The position numbers and the translations under genes were made by a program. Shown piece after piece: positions 1 to 10,227 of a stretch of DNA of 64,000 nucleotides (its first letter is position 1; each line of letters begins with the position of its first letter). Source of the DNA: a virus (Duplodnaviria; Caudoviricetes). The stretch spans positions 32,001 through 96,000 of the IMG/VR virus record IMGVR_UViG_3300033555_000001; one strand, 5' to 3'. Under the pieces are notes generated by a model that was given only the letters and a program-made list of their open reading frames with translations, was not told the origin of the DNA and did not search any database.

Positions 1-26
1 CCTGAAAACAGTGTATAATAGCACTG

Positions 27-299
27 TTGCTAATTTTATTCGGAGACAGTATGGACTTATCTTATCTCGCAAATTTATCTGAAACTCAATTTGAAGCAGA
101 GCGCTACCGATTGATTAAAGCAGAGATTGAAAAGGCACCAACACCGGTACTTAAAAAGAAAGCGCTGGCTCTTCAGTTTGAGCTTGACGCTCTCAGAGAA
201 ACGCTGTCTACAGAGGACTTCTTGCAGTCAATTGCGCACAGGATAAGAGACAATTTAGAGAACATAGAAGATCAAATCCAATATGCAAAGAGTGTGTAG
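27..299 (+). CDS. Hypothetical protein (DUF3135-like)
   Basis: Preceded by TATAAT (14-19) and a GGAG RBS; helical FEAERYRLIKAEIEKAP...LQFELD pattern resembles DUF3135. Confidence 0.55.
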   Translation: MLILFGDSMDLSYLANLSETQFEAERYRLIKAEIEKAPTPVLKKKALALQFELDALRETLSTEDFLQSIAHRIRDNLENIEDQIQYAKSV

Positions 300-329
300 C
301 CAGACATACTCAGACTAACCACGCAAAAG

Positions 330-353
330 AAAGGGACTCAATGAGTCCCTTTT
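330..353. terminator. Bidirectional intrinsic terminator
   Basis: AAAGGGACTC-AAT-GAGTCCCTTT hairpin with A/T tails between convergent genes. Confidence 0.85.
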
Positions 354-400
354 TATATGGCGCTACATTAATCCGCAGCAGTGCAACAGGGCACCACCGG

Positions 401-1051
401 TTAAGTTAAGTTCGCTTCAATCTGGTTTCTTGTCGTTTCAATTTGATTAAAAGCTGTTACGGCTGCTTCCAGCGTCGCAGCGTTTTTAATCAAGTACTTG
501 TCCATCCGCAGATTGTCAAGCGCAAAAAGTGCAGACCTGAATCCTGCAGCTTGATTTAAAATAATCCCAGCGGCAGTCTGATAAGTTATGTTATTATTAT
601 TAGCAAAGCGAGTAATCCACTCTGTTGGTGCTATCGTGAAATTAGAATCAGTATACTCGCGAGCCGCCTTTTCTCTTTCGATATAGCCCATGTAAAAGCG
701 CGTCTTTTTTGTAATTATTTCGGCGATAGTATCGTCTACTGTTACCATCATTTGCTCTCGCTTTTGTATATCACTGAGAACAGGTGGCGGTGGAATTATG
801 AATTCCCCCTTAATCTGCTTTTCAAGCGCTCGATCCGCAAAGCCTGATATGTTATCTTCTTTTACAATTTGCTCAGCAAGCGCAATAACACCAGCTTCAG
901 TGCGATCCGGAATTGGGCTAGGAAAAAACTTACTGCTCTCAGTTTTTAACGACACACCTGCCGGGTTAGTTACCGTAAAGTTAAATTTAACGCTTGAGAT
1001 TCCAGTTTCATCACGCTGAGCGCTAACATCTTCAATTATATATGTGTTCAT
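401..1051 (-). CDS. Tail-fibre assembly/accessory protein
   Basis: Directly downstream of a fibre gene; helical C-terminal half (EREKAARE...EWITRFA...AAGIILNQA) is typical of fibre-associated chaperones. Confidence 0.5.
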   Translation of the reverse strand: MNTYIIEDVSAQRDETGISSVKFNFTVTNPAGVSLKTESSKFFPSPIPDRTEAGVIALAEQIVKEDNISGFADRALEKQIKGEFIIPPPPVLSDIQKREQMMVTVDDTIAEIITKKTRFYMGYIEREKAAREYTDSNFTIAPTEWITRFANNNNITYQTAAGIILNQAAGFRSALFALDNLRMDKYLIKNAATLEAAVTAFNQIETTRNQIEANLT

Positions 1052-1060
1052 TTGTAATCC

Positions 1061-4000
1061 TTAAATTTCAGCGTTGATTATAGCGTTTGCTTGTGTAAAG
1101 CCGTGGTTGGGGCCAGTGGTTATAACCACTGAAAAAACATAGGTTTGTGGGTTAGTAGTCACAACCTGCAGGTTTTGCGCGTTAGCGTACGCAGCAGCTG
1201 GGAACGTTACTACTGGCGCCGTCCTCATGACTGTGCCCCATCGACCTGTTGTATACACGGTGCCACCAGTAGCGTGGTAACCACCAAAAATTAAATCGTT
1301 GTGCACAGTGTAATATCGTTGGCACAGTTGTATTTCAACAGCACCTGGTCTGCGCTCAAAGCTGTTTAACGCACCGGGTTCTAGTTGAACTTGCGTAATT
1401 TCAAAAAAGTCGCCTGCGGCGGGTGCCTGAACTCTAATTGCTATTTTTAGGAAGTGGTCAACGCCGAATGTTTTACCCACAATAGAAGGCATAGTAAATG
1501 TTAAAGAAGACCGCTGAAACGCGGCGCCGGCGTTCCCAGCACTTACTTGAACAACTGAACCAAAAGTTGAGGCACTTGCACCACCTCCCGTCCCAAAATT
1601 TTGCTCAATGTACACTGATACACTTTTAGCTGTTGCACCAGTGCGATGACTAAAAGACAGTGTTACTAACTGACCCGATAGGGTAGCCACACCCTCAACG
1701 CGCTGGCTAATATCATAAAACGTAGTAGCACCACTTGTAGTTTGGGCAATGCGCATGGCATTGCTTAGGCCATCAACAGTCTGTGGGTTTTGCGTTGTTT
1801 GGCTTACTGTGTACGACGAGCCCGAAAGCGAGTCAGTGGAAATTATCCACCGATCCGCAGTGTACACGCCGGTAACATTAGAAAAAGAAGTGCCGCGCTG
1901 CCAGATGCCAAACCCCGGGTTAATAAGTCGGTTTCTAAAACCTGTGGCTGCCGTGATTCCACTCAGCGCGGTCTGTACAAATTCAGTAGTGGCGACTTTA
2001 GTAGAGTTATCTGCCAGGGCCTGAGTAGGGGCACTAACAATTGCCGAAAACGATGTGTTTCCGGAAAATGTATTAACCCCCGACAGTGTCAAACCTGATT
2101 TATATTCAAGAGCAGTACCAGCAGCATTGACTCCCAGCACCTGATTTGCAGTACCAAGCGCGGTAAGATTTGTACCACCTTTGCTAATTGCCAAAGTTCC
2201 ACTGATATTGTTGAGAGCAAGATTTGCCTCGGCAACATCAATGGTTGGGTTTCCTGCAACTCCGCCGCCATCAGTGACAGTAAGCTTTGTCGATCCTGCA
2301 GTAAGCGTACGTGTTGCACTGGTACCAGCACCAGTAACAGCGTACAATCCTGTAGTAACAGTATTTGCAAGAGCTGTCAGATCTGAATCAAGGCCTTGTG
2401 CATCAGTGATGCCGTAACCGGCTAATGTGGTTGGATTTGTACCAGCGGTTACACGCCCAAATGCGTCAGTTGTTACTGACTTGTATGTTCCAGCGGCACC
2501 AACTGCCACCAGGTCAATTGCCGGACCGGCCGTAACTCCATCGCCATTTAATACTGATACTCTACCAGCGGCACCAGTAATCGATCGTGTTGCCCAAGTA
2601 TCCGCACCGGTCCGCGCGGCAAATCCATTCCCAGATAATCCCTCAAGAGCGGCCAAATCATTTGACAGCAAAAAGGTCAGTGTTCCGCTGTTTGTAATAG
2701 GTGATCCGGTAACAGTAAAGCCGGCAGCTGGTGCAATTGCAGCAACTGAAGTAACAGTTCCGACATTGAGCGCAGCAATAGTGACAGATCCTGTTCCGTG
2801 CGTTACGGAGATACCAGATCCAGCTGCAATTGTTTTATACTCTAACGTACCGCCCGCAGATACAACGCCCAGCACCTGATTTGCGGTTCCTGCGGCGCTT
2901 AAATCCGTACCGCCTTTTGCGATTGACAAAGTTCCACTAATGTTGTTGAGAGCAAGGCTGGATTCAACAACGTCAACCGTTGGGTTTCCTGTAACCCCAT
3001 TACCACTTGCTATTGAAATCTTGGTTGACCCGGCAACAATCATGCGTGTAGAGCTTGTTCCTGCACCAGTAACGGCGTACAACCCCGTAGTAATGGTGTT
3101 TGCAAGAGCTGTTAGATCTGAATCCAGACTTTGCGAGTCAGTAATGCCATACCCAACCAGAGTTGTTGGAGTATTAGTCAGTGTATTCCAGTTCTGCGTT
3201 GTACTGGCAGCAGTAACACGACCATAACCGTCAGTAGTTACAGCAACGTACGAACCTGCAGTTCCAACAAGTGCCAAGTCAATAGAGTCAGCGTTAACAA
3301 CGATCCGGCTCACAGCAGCGCTTACAACATCAAGTGAGTTCAGCGTGCGAGTTAAACCGTTTCCAGCGGTTAGTACTGTGCCGTCAACATAGGATTTTGT
3401 TGTTAGATCACCAGCACCTACGGGAGCAACACCTGCTACTGGCAGCGTGAAAGACCAGGCACCAGTAATTGTTTCTGTTCCGGCGTTTCTGGCCAAGAGA
3501 GCGCCATCTGTGATTTGCGACTCTGTAACTGTAAGTGCGCCTTGATGCTGCACAACGCTGCCTGCAGAAATTCTGGCGTTGTCAAATGCACCGCTTGTGG
3601 TTTGGGCAGCAGAAATAGCTATTGGTGTGCTGCTTGCAGCGGTAACTAAACCCTTGTTGTTAACTGTAAGCGTTCCAACTGCAGCTGCCGTGCCAAACAC
3701 ACCAGGGTTAACGTTTACAATTGCAAGCAGCAACTCTGCGGTGGTGCCAGTAACAGTGCCGCTAATATCGCCGGTGATGGTGGTGCTTGGCGCAGGTCCC
3801 GATCCTACTCGCTGCCAGGCGTTAGTCTCATCGTAAAAGTATAATCCTTCTGAGGCGTTATTTGTATTGAGATAGTAAATCTGGCCGCTGGTTCCACTGG
3901 TTGGTAGTGCAATTCCACTTGGGGTAACTAGCTGCTGCTCAGTGCTGATTCTGGTCCATGCGCCGGCAATGTAAATGTTGAGGCCTAGAATAGTATTGTC

Positions 4001-4120
4001 AGCAGATGTGTGAAAAAATAACTCTCCAACGTTTGGTAGTGCGGGGAATGACAGACCAGAGGCAACCGTGAGGTTAGTAATTACTGATCCTTCTGTAAGC
4101 TGAATACCATCATGACGCAT
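1061..4120 (-). CDS. Long tail/virion fibre protein
   Basis: Start revised to ATG 4120 ([12 protein letters not shown], matching the N-terminus of 19877). Gly/Thr-rich shaft repeats ([22 protein letters not shown]). C-terminal [15 protein letters not shown]...QLCQRYY receptor-binding-type domain. Confidence 0.8.
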   Translation of the reverse strand: MRHDGIQLTEGSVITNLTVASGLSFPALPNVGELFFHTSADNTILGLNIYIAGAWTRISTEQQLVTPSGIALPTSGTSGQIYYLNTNNASEGLYFYDETNAWQRVGSGPAPSTTITGDISGTVTGTTAELLLAIVNVNPGVFGTAAAVGTLTVNNKGLVTAASSTPIAISAAQTTSGAFDNARISAGSVVQHQGALTVTESQITDGALLARNAGTETITGAWSFTLPVAGVAPVGAGDLTTKSYVDGTVLTAGNGLTRTLNSLDVVSAAVSRIVVNADSIDLALVGTAGSYVAVTTDGYGRVTAASTTQNWNTLTNTPTTLVGYGITDSQSLDSDLTALANTITTGLYAVTGAGTSSTRMIVAGSTKISIASGNGVTGNPTVDVVESSLALNNISGTLSIAKGGTDLSAAGTANQVLGVVSAGGTLEYKTIAAGSGISVTHGTGSVTIAALNVGTVTSVAAIAPAAGFTVTGSPITNSGTLTFLLSNDLAALEGLSGNGFAARTGADTWATRSITGAAGRVSVLNGDGVTAGPAIDLVAVGAAGTYKSVTTDAFGRVTAGTNPTTLAGYGITDAQGLDSDLTALANTVTTGLYAVTGAGTSATRTLTAGSTKLTVTDGGGVAGNPTIDVAEANLALNNISGTLAISKGGTNLTALGTANQVLGVNAAGTALEYKSGLTLSGVNTFSGNTSFSAIVSAPTQALADNSTKVATTEFVQTALSGITAATGFRNRLINPGFGIWQRGTSFSNVTGVYTADRWIISTDSLSGSSYTVSQTTQNPQTVDGLSNAMRIAQTTSGATTFYDISQRVEGVATLSGQLVTLSFSHRTGATAKSVSVYIEQNFGTGGGASASTFGSVVQVSAGNAGAAFQRSSLTFTMPSIVGKTFGVDHFLKIAIRVQAPAAGDFFEITQVQLEPGALNSFERRPGAVEIQLCQRYYTVHNDLIFGGYHATGGTVYTTGRWGTVMRTAPVVTFPAAAYANAQNLQVVTTNPQTYVFSVVITTGPNHGFTQANAIINAEI

Positions 4121-4151
4121 TATAATTCCGATATGGTTAGGGGTGACAGCG

Positions 4152-4183
4152 TATTTACGAATATAAGACCAATACCATAAATA
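4152..4183. promoter_or_regulatory. Divergent pair of late-type TAAATA promoters
   Basis: TAAATA on - strand (4152-4157) before the fibre gene and on + strand (4178-4183) before ORF 4206. Confidence 0.6.
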
Positions 4184-4205
4184 AAGATCGATTACTGAGA
4201 AGACC

Positions 4206-4502
4206 ATGACATCCACTGTAGCCGCTGTTATTTCAGACACTAATCCAATCCTTGCTGCGACTATTCCGTGGCCGGAAAAAGGTAAAAAGGTAGAGCTCAT
4301 TGCAGAAAAATTTAAAATTTCTGCCAGTGAAGCCAGTAATATTTTTGAATTTGGATGTGCTGATCGGGGCTGGGGTGAAATGTCCACTGAAGCCAGGGGC
4401 ACGGTGCACACGGCATATCAAGAAATTTTTCTTGAAGAAGCAGACGCTGAAGTTTCCCAGGCAGTTGTGATGGCAACACTACAGAAAGAGTTTAACCTGT
4501 GA
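4206..4502 (+). CDS. Hypothetical protein
   Basis: 98-aa ORF whose stop overlaps the GTG start of the next gene (GTGA). Confidence 0.6.
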   Translation: MTSTVAAVISDTNPILAATIPWPEKGKKVELIAEKFKISASEASNIFEFGCADRGWGEMSTEARGTVHTAYQEIFLEEADAEVSQAVVMATLQKEFNL

Positions 4503-5377
4503 TTTCATTTAAGCAGTTTTTAACCGAGGGCGGCAAAGCTACAGAGAAGCACGGAACCGTTCGTGCTACTCAGGCGGACATGCAGGCAGCTCTTAAGTTT
4601 GTGTCAAATGCAATTGAAGTTCCAGTTTCTAAGCTGGCCAAACAACTGCTTGGCTCGGCACGGCTAACACACGCTGGGCATCAACTAGATTCAGGCGATG
4701 TAGATATTGCGCTGCCACTAGAATTAAAAACCACTGCCGTTGAAAAATTAACTGCGGCAGTTGGATCTAAACCACTTGCAATTGGCGGCTCAACTTTTTC
4801 CTTTGCTGTTCCAGCCGGCGATAAAAAAGTCCAAGTTGATCTTATGTTTGTAACAGATTTAGACTGGGCCAGTTTTTCGCATTATTCAAGCAAGGACAGC
4901 GCGCACAAGAGCGCCGTTCGCAATGAGCTGCTGCACAGTGCACTGAAATTCTCTGCAGAAGATGGAAAAGACCTGCGCGTCAAAGATGCGGGTGGAGAAG
5001 ATATTGTGCGTGCTTCCCGCGCGTACAAGCTTGATACTGGCGTAGAGCGAATTTTTAAAGTAGCCAAGAATAGAAAAGATGGCAAGGGCCGCGTAAAGGG
5101 AACCAGTGCTGTGTCTCCGCTGGAAGTACAGGCTGCGCTAGATGCGTTAGGGCACTCTGGAAAATTCAGTTCAGAGCAGGACCTTATCACGGACCCAGAT
5201 AAATTTGCTGCGCTGTTGTTTGGCAATACGGTTACCGCTGCTGATCTTAAATCCGCTGAACAACTAATCAAACTTATTGCCGCACACTCGTCAGCAAAAG
5301 AAATTTTCAAAGACGCGGTTAAGGGTATGATCAGACGAAAACTTGTGGTTCCACCAGAACTAGAAGAATACAGATAA
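4499..5377 (+). CDS. Pol-beta-superfamily nucleotidyltransferase with capsid-targeting-like N-terminus
   Basis: LGS...DSGDVDIA (hGS-x-DxD) plus third Asp in VQVDLM; N-terminus ISFKQFLTE. Confidence 0.7.
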   Translation: MISFKQFLTEGGKATEKHGTVRATQADMQAALKFVSNAIEVPVSKLAKQLLGSARLTHAGHQLDSGDVDIALPLELKTTAVEKLTAAVGSKPLAIGGSTFSFAVPAGDKKVQVDLMFVTDLDWASFSHYSSKDSAHKSAVRNELLHSALKFSAEDGKDLRVKDAGGEDIVRASRAYKLDTGVERIFKVAKNRKDGKGRVKGTSAVSPLEVQAALDALGHSGKFSSEQDLITDPDKFAALLFGNTVTAADLKSAEQLIKLIAAHSSAKEIFKDAVKGMIRRKLVVPPELEEYR

Positions 5378-5381
5378 AGAA

Positions 5382-5405
5382 AAAGGGAGCTAATTAGCTC
5401 CCTTT
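5382..5405. terminator. Bidirectional intrinsic terminator
   Basis: Perfect palindrome AAAGGGAGCTAA-TTAGCTCCCTTT between convergent genes. Confidence 0.85.
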
Positions 5406-5421
5406 ATTATTTCTGCAGCAG

Positions 5422-7323
5422 TTAAAGCTTGTTGACAATAAGCCTACGATTTAACTTTTGTACTTCTTCAGTCAGCTCGGTTATTTGAAGCTGCTGAGCC
5501 TTGATTGCTTCAACAAACAACCCAGCTAAGTTACCGTACGCCAGCGCGAGCATGCCACCATTATCAGATACTGCTTCTGGTAGTACAGCTTGCACATCTT
5601 GCGCAATCAAACCTGTTCTGCGCTGGCCAGTTGCAATGTCAGTAAAGTTTACACCATTTAAACCTTGCACTTTAGCCAAGGCGTCTGGTATTGTTGAAAT
5701 ATCAGTTTTTAATCTGGAATCGGAAAAGGCGCTGATGTTACCGCCTGATGAAATGCTGCCATTTGCAGTAATGTTGCCGCCCGCATCAACACGAGCCACA
5801 ACACCGCTTGATCCATTACCAAAGAACGTGCCGTCTGTCCCGCCAAAGTAATTTAAAAATACGCCGGTTGCGCCTTCAGCAGAATCAAGGTGCAAGTTGT
5901 TTGCCGGTTTAGCTAATACTGCTGAAGTGTCAACTCTATTAAATGCTCCAATGTTACCGTCTATTACGCTTGTAAAAAGTGTTCCCTGCACCGAAGCATT
6001 GCTTTGCACTACAAGCGTTGGAGTTGTTACTTGACCGCTAAAGGTAGGACTTGCGAGCTTTGCATATCCCGCGGCATTACCTAACTGACTCAGGTCGGTT
6101 AAGTTACCCTGATCCCAAAGAGTTCTAAAAGCACCCCACACACCAGTGTTTCCAGTATTGTCGTTCACGCGGAACTTCAGGCCGTTTGGTGCGCCTTCCT
6201 CAAAGTTCCAATTCGCGGCGAGCTGCATTGCTCTGGCACCACCACCTGCACCACCCACAACGGTAAGGCCTACGTGAAATGCCCCAATGTCGCTAGAAGT
6301 AAACGAATCAAATCCGCTTATAGAGTTTATGTTGAACTGCGGTGGCGTCATTGACAGAGCGCCTGAGCTGCCCATGTCATAAAACAGAGCTGGCTTAGCG
6401 TGCGCGGTAAATCCACTTGCTGGAGAATTTGGAAACGTTTGCGTGGCAGTATTAAGTGCAACGATTCCGGTCCACGGCACGCTCAGCGCATTCTGCGCGG
6501 TAGTTGCAGTAGTTGCAGTAGTAGCGCTGTTTGCCGTGTTAGCAGTTGAAGCGTTACCAACGCTCAGCGTGGATTGATCTACGAATTTTGGTGCTGCGGC
6601 TCCCTGAGAAATAAGCACTTGGTTTGTTCCGCCAAGTACTGCACTAACTGACACGCCAGCGCCATAGAGCACTGCACCTGCGGCTGGCGGAATTACAGTT
6701 CCAAGCCCACCAAATTCAACCCGTAACGCGCCATTTAAAAAGTATGTTGGCAGATCTACGTATGAAGCACCATTTAGGCCGTCCAGTAAATCCGCATTTA
6801 GCCCGCTGCCAGCCCCGTCATTTTCAGCGGTCCAAACTTTGGCACCTCTAAAAGTCAGGCCAACAGCAGAAGCGCCATTTACAACAAGCGCTTGGGATAA
6901 GTTTAGCGTGCCGCCTGAGCCGGTCCATGAATCGCCGGTACCCATAGATATGATACCGTTAACGGCTTCGATTATTGACGGCTTATTAGTTCCACTGCCG
7001 TCTTGGTTACCAAGAAGTACTCGTTGTGCGCCCGCGGCCTGCGTGATTTTTAAGAATGATGGCACAGTAAGTGCGCCAGTCATTGTATCGCCGCTCTTTG
7101 AGACAAACAAATCAGGTGAAGTTGCCTGCACCCAGTCTTGAGTAGGTTGATAACCCAGAGCGCCAGTATTGGCGTCCTGAATAAAACCAAACATGTACAA
7201 GCCTTGTGAACCACCAGTTCCGCTGTCCGTCTTGAAAAACAGCGATCCGTCGGGGGTGGTATTAGTTGGCGGCAGCAGCGGACCGTACGAGATCATTGCG
7301 CTGCCGTTGAGGATTTTTGCCAT
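5422..7323 (-). CDS. Tail fibre/spike with C-terminal peptidase S74 intramolecular chaperone
   Basis: FSDSRLKTDI...GLIAQDVQAVLPEAV...YGNLAGLFVEAIK plus terminal coiled coil; GSGLNADLLDG repeat; TAAATA at 7360-7365. Confidence 0.85.
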   Translation of the reverse strand: MAKILNGSAMISYGPLLPPTNTTPDGSLFFKTDSGTGGSQGLYMFGFIQDANTGALGYQPTQDWVQATSPDLFVSKSGDTMTGALTVPSFLKITQAAGAQRVLLGNQDGSGTNKPSIIEAVNGIISMGTGDSWTGSGGTLNLSQALVVNGASAVGLTFRGAKVWTAENDGAGSGLNADLLDGLNGASYVDLPTYFLNGALRVEFGGLGTVIPPAAGAVLYGAGVSVSAVLGGTNQVLISQGAAAPKFVDQSTLSVGNASTANTANSATTATTATTAQNALSVPWTGIVALNTATQTFPNSPASGFTAHAKPALFYDMGSSGALSMTPPQFNINSISGFDSFTSSDIGAFHVGLTVVGGAGGGARAMQLAANWNFEEGAPNGLKFRVNDNTGNTGVWGAFRTLWDQGNLTDLSQLGNAAGYAKLASPTFSGQVTTPTLVVQSNASVQGTLFTSVIDGNIGAFNRVDTSAVLAKPANNLHLDSAEGATGVFLNYFGGTDGTFFGNGSSGVVARVDAGGNITANGSISSGGNISAFSDSRLKTDISTIPDALAKVQGLNGVNFTDIATGQRRTGLIAQDVQAVLPEAVSDNGGMLALAYGNLAGLFVEAIKAQQLQITELTEEVQKLNRRLIVNKL

Positions 7324-7439
7324 TTATGCTCCAGAAGAACCGGGTTGTCGTAGATCTGCTATTTAGCCTGATCCTCGGCCTGTGGTAGTAGTACGCCACA
7401 AAAGTGTTAGAATTACTAATCACTAGTAAAGAGGAAAAT

Positions 7440-8429
7440 ATGGAACACCAACAAACTGGCGAGTTAAACAACGATTTCCGCACTTGCTTGTCTCATCTAA
7501 TGGAGAATGGGCTTACTGCAAATCCTCGCGGCACTGTTACTAAAGAGTTACTAAATTACAATATTTCTTTGCTGGACGCGCGAAATCGCGTTATTACATT
7601 TCCAGATCGCAAAACTAACCTAAAATACTTGCTTGGCGAATTTGTGTGGTATCTCACTGGAGCCAATACGGTTAATGGCATATTACCTTATTCAAAATTC
7701 TGGGCCAATATTACAAACTCAGGCGATTTTGAAGAGATTGGTTATGCAGCCGGAACTATTAATTCAAACTACGGTTACCGGTTATTTGGGCACGACGAGT
7801 TTTCGGACGTTCCAGGCAAGCGCGATGAGACTGGTACAATCCAGTGGTTGAGTCAGTGGGAGGCCGTTATTGATCTTCTCAGCCGGGATAAAGACAGTCG
7901 TCAGGCAATTTTAAATATTCACCGCCCAAGCGATCGCCATCCAGGAAACTCAGATGTGCCGTGCACACTGTCTCTGCAAGTGTTGATCCGCGAGAATAAG
8001 CTGCACATGATTACCAATATGCGCAGCAACGACATTGTGCTTGGATTCACAAATGACGTGTTTCAATTTACCATGCTGCAAGAGTGTTTGATGGTTCAGC
8101 TTAAAGATGTCTACCCGGAACTAGAGCTTGGCACGTATTTCCACAACGCTGGTTCCATGCATGCTTATGACCGGCACTTTGCAATGGCTGCAGCTATTAT
8201 TGCTGATGAAAATGCAGTCGAGAAATCCATGATTCCAATGGACGAATTTAACCTGGGTGTAGTTGAGAAACTAGCATTTATTGAGCAGTTATGGGTTCAC
8301 CACGGAATGCCTGCAGCTTTTGATTTCGCTCAAGTGCCATCTTTTAACGAGCTGTCTCCTTACTGGCAAAATTTAGTTAAGTTCTGTTTTTCCTCGGATC
8401 CTGCAGCAGAACTAGCAATCTTTAAGTAA
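7440..8429 (+). CDS. Thymidylate-synthase-family dCMP-modifying enzyme (hydroxymethylase/hydroxylase)
   Basis: SRQAI, catalytic PC (DVPCT) and MRSNDIVLGFTND, with Asp at the specificity position as in T4 gp42 (MRSNDVVFGFRND). Confidence 0.8.
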   Translation: MEHQQTGELNNDFRTCLSHLMENGLTANPRGTVTKELLNYNISLLDARNRVITFPDRKTNLKYLLGEFVWYLTGANTVNGILPYSKFWANITNSGDFEEIGYAAGTINSNYGYRLFGHDEFSDVPGKRDETGTIQWLSQWEAVIDLLSRDKDSRQAILNIHRPSDRHPGNSDVPCTLSLQVLIRENKLHMITNMRSNDIVLGFTNDVFQFTMLQECLMVQLKDVYPELELGTYFHNAGSMHAYDRHFAMAAAIIADENAVEKSMIPMDEFNLGVVEKLAFIEQLWVHHGMPAAFDFAQVPSFNELSPYWQNLVKFCFSSDPAAELAIFK

Positions 8430-8436
8430 GACTTAC

Positions 8437-10179
8437 ATGAAATATAAAGAACAAATAGAGGAAGCTTATAATTACCTTGGGTTCACCCCTAGAGGAAACC
8501 AATTAGCGGACATCAGCTTGATTTTAACTGGTTTTCTTGATGAAGGATTTAAGACTCAAATCTTGTCTGCACCAACTGGTACTGGCAAATCTATAATTGG
8601 CGCAATTACTGCAGAAGTTCTGCATAAAATTAGAGCTCCTGACGTACATCACGGGGCCTCTTTTTTACTTTCGCCAACTAACATATTGAGCGAGCAATAC
8701 CACAACACTTTTCAAAAAGGCCGTGATCCGCTTGACACCCGCTTCAGGATGCTAAAGGGCGCCAGTAATTTTACCTGTGCAGCGCTGTCAACCCCAGAGG
8801 AACCCCAAACAGCAGAGCATTGCGCAATCAGAATGTTTCAGAAAGCTGACATGCTGTCAGTCATTGCCGACAACTGTGACAGCTGCGAATTTGCCCTGCA
8901 AAAAAGAATGCGCGACAAGGCCAGGCATTTAATTACAAATTATAGCTACTACTTTGTTGACCGAATGTACTTGGAAATTCTGGCCAAGCGCACCGTCACC
9001 GTCTTTGACGAAGCGCACATGATCAACGATTTGTTCACAGAGCACAACGCAATTTATTTCAGCGATTCTAGACTCAAGAAAATGGTTGATGAAATTGGTG
9101 AGCACCTGTCTATTGGCCACCGCGGAATTTTTAAAATAATCAAAGAAATTAAAGAAGCCATGAACAATGGCGAGATTGAACAGCACACGTACATGAAGTA
9201 CTTGGGGCTGCTTGCAGATGTCTATGGTCAGGTAACTGAAGCCGCGCAACTTGAACTAGAACGGTGTAACCCACGCAACCAGACAAAATACATGGCTCTT
9301 AGCAAGCTATCAAAAAAGTATTTTGGCCTTGGTTGCAAGATCAGTGACTTAATGATCTATGACTACCCACATGCTTTTGAGTACAAAGAAAAAAATCCAA
9401 AAGAGAAATTCTCAGAGGATGAGGTTTCGGTTAAGCCAATTTTTGTTGGTGAGATGTTTGACAAGTTAATTAACGCTGAATTTAATTTGTTAATGAGCGC
9501 GACTCTCAGCGAGCAGTACGCCCGGCGCACAATGACCCTTGAAAATGCTAAACACATTAGGCTGGCCCCGTCGTTCCCGCGAGAGAATAAAAAAGTTGTG
9601 TTCTATAAGCCTCAAAATTTAAACCAGACAACGCTTAAAACTCCGGTCACAATCAAAGCGCTGCAATCGGCAGCGTATGAAATCGCAGCGCATCACTCTG
9701 AGTTGGGCCACCGGGGCGTTGTGCTTGCGCCTAGCTTTGCTCTTACTGGAGATATAGCCGCGGCGCTTGAGGCCCGCGGTCTTAAAGCCAGAATTTACGA
9801 GCATCAGCGAGGTGAAAAGCTAGCAGAGGTGCTTGGTAGATTTACTCGTCACGCTGATGGCCCCGCAATTCTTCTTACGCCATCGGGCTTTGAGGGGCTA
9901 GACTTGGTCGGCGATTTAAGCCGGTATCAAATTATTTTGAAGGCGCCGTTTGGCTCTCTAGGCGAGGCGCGCATGAAAAAGATTTTGGCGGTTTGGCCGG
10001 ACATTTATTCTCTGATGACATTATCAAAATTAGTACAGGGTGCCGGAAGATCAGTTAGATCAGCAGAAGATTTTGCTACTACGTACATGTTAGACTCGAA
10101 TATTCAGAGGCTGTGGACTTCAAAACAAAACGAGTGGAGCAACGAGTTTCAGACCAGTTTTTCCAGCATTCTGTCATAA
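8437..10179 (+). CDS. DinG/Rad3-like superfamily 2 helicase
   Basis: SAPTGTGKS Walker A, DEAH, MSATL, EGLD and QGAGRSVRS motif VI; Cys residues consistent with an Fe-S cluster. Confidence 0.85.
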   Translation: MKYKEQIEEAYNYLGFTPRGNQLADISLILTGFLDEGFKTQILSAPTGTGKSIIGAITAEVLHKIRAPDVHHGASFLLSPTNILSEQYHNTFQKGRDPLDTRFRMLKGASNFTCAALSTPEEPQTAEHCAIRMFQKADMLSVIADNCDSCEFALQKRMRDKARHLITNYSYYFVDRMYLEILAKRTVTVFDEAHMINDLFTEHNAIYFSDSRLKKMVDEIGEHLSIGHRGIFKIIKEIKEAMNNGEIEQHTYMKYLGLLADVYGQVTEAAQLELERCNPRNQTKYMALSKLSKKYFGLGCKISDLMIYDYPHAFEYKEKNPKEKFSEDEVSVKPIFVGEMFDKLINAEFNLLMSATLSEQYARRTMTLENAKHIRLAPSFPRENKKVVFYKPQNLNQTTLKTPVTIKALQSAAYEIAAHHSELGHRGVVLAPSFALTGDIAAALEARGLKARIYEHQRGEKLAEVLGRFTRHADGPAILLTPSGFEGLDLVGDLSRYQIILKAPFGSLGEARMKKILAVWPDIYSLMTLSKLVQGAGRSVRSAEDFATTYMLDSNIQRLWTSKQNEWSNEFQTSFSSILS

Positions 10180-10227
10180 CCTGAAGCAGCAAGACTATAA
10201 CTTTTAAATTCTGTATAGAATAGAGCT

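Noticed and set aside
1749-3836. Numerous + strand ORFs antisense to the fibre gene (likewise within 17755-19131 and 44347-48396)
   Set aside because: Shadow frames of Gly/Thr/Ala-rich genes, with no RBS or recognisable motifs.
4121-4411. N-terminal extension of the 1116-aa fibre ORF in the track
   Set aside because: It overlaps the real + strand ORF 4206. ATG 4120 matches the paralogous fibre N-terminus and follows a TAAATA box.
4499-5377. CD-NTase/cGAS-like cyclase (CBASS)
   Set aside because: It has only the generic pol-beta triad, with no adjacent effector or Cap genes. The context is phage late genes.
7440-8429. dUMP hydroxymethylase (SPO1/ViI-type hmU pathway)
   Set aside because: The specificity residue is Asp, not Asn, and a separate canonical ThyA is present.
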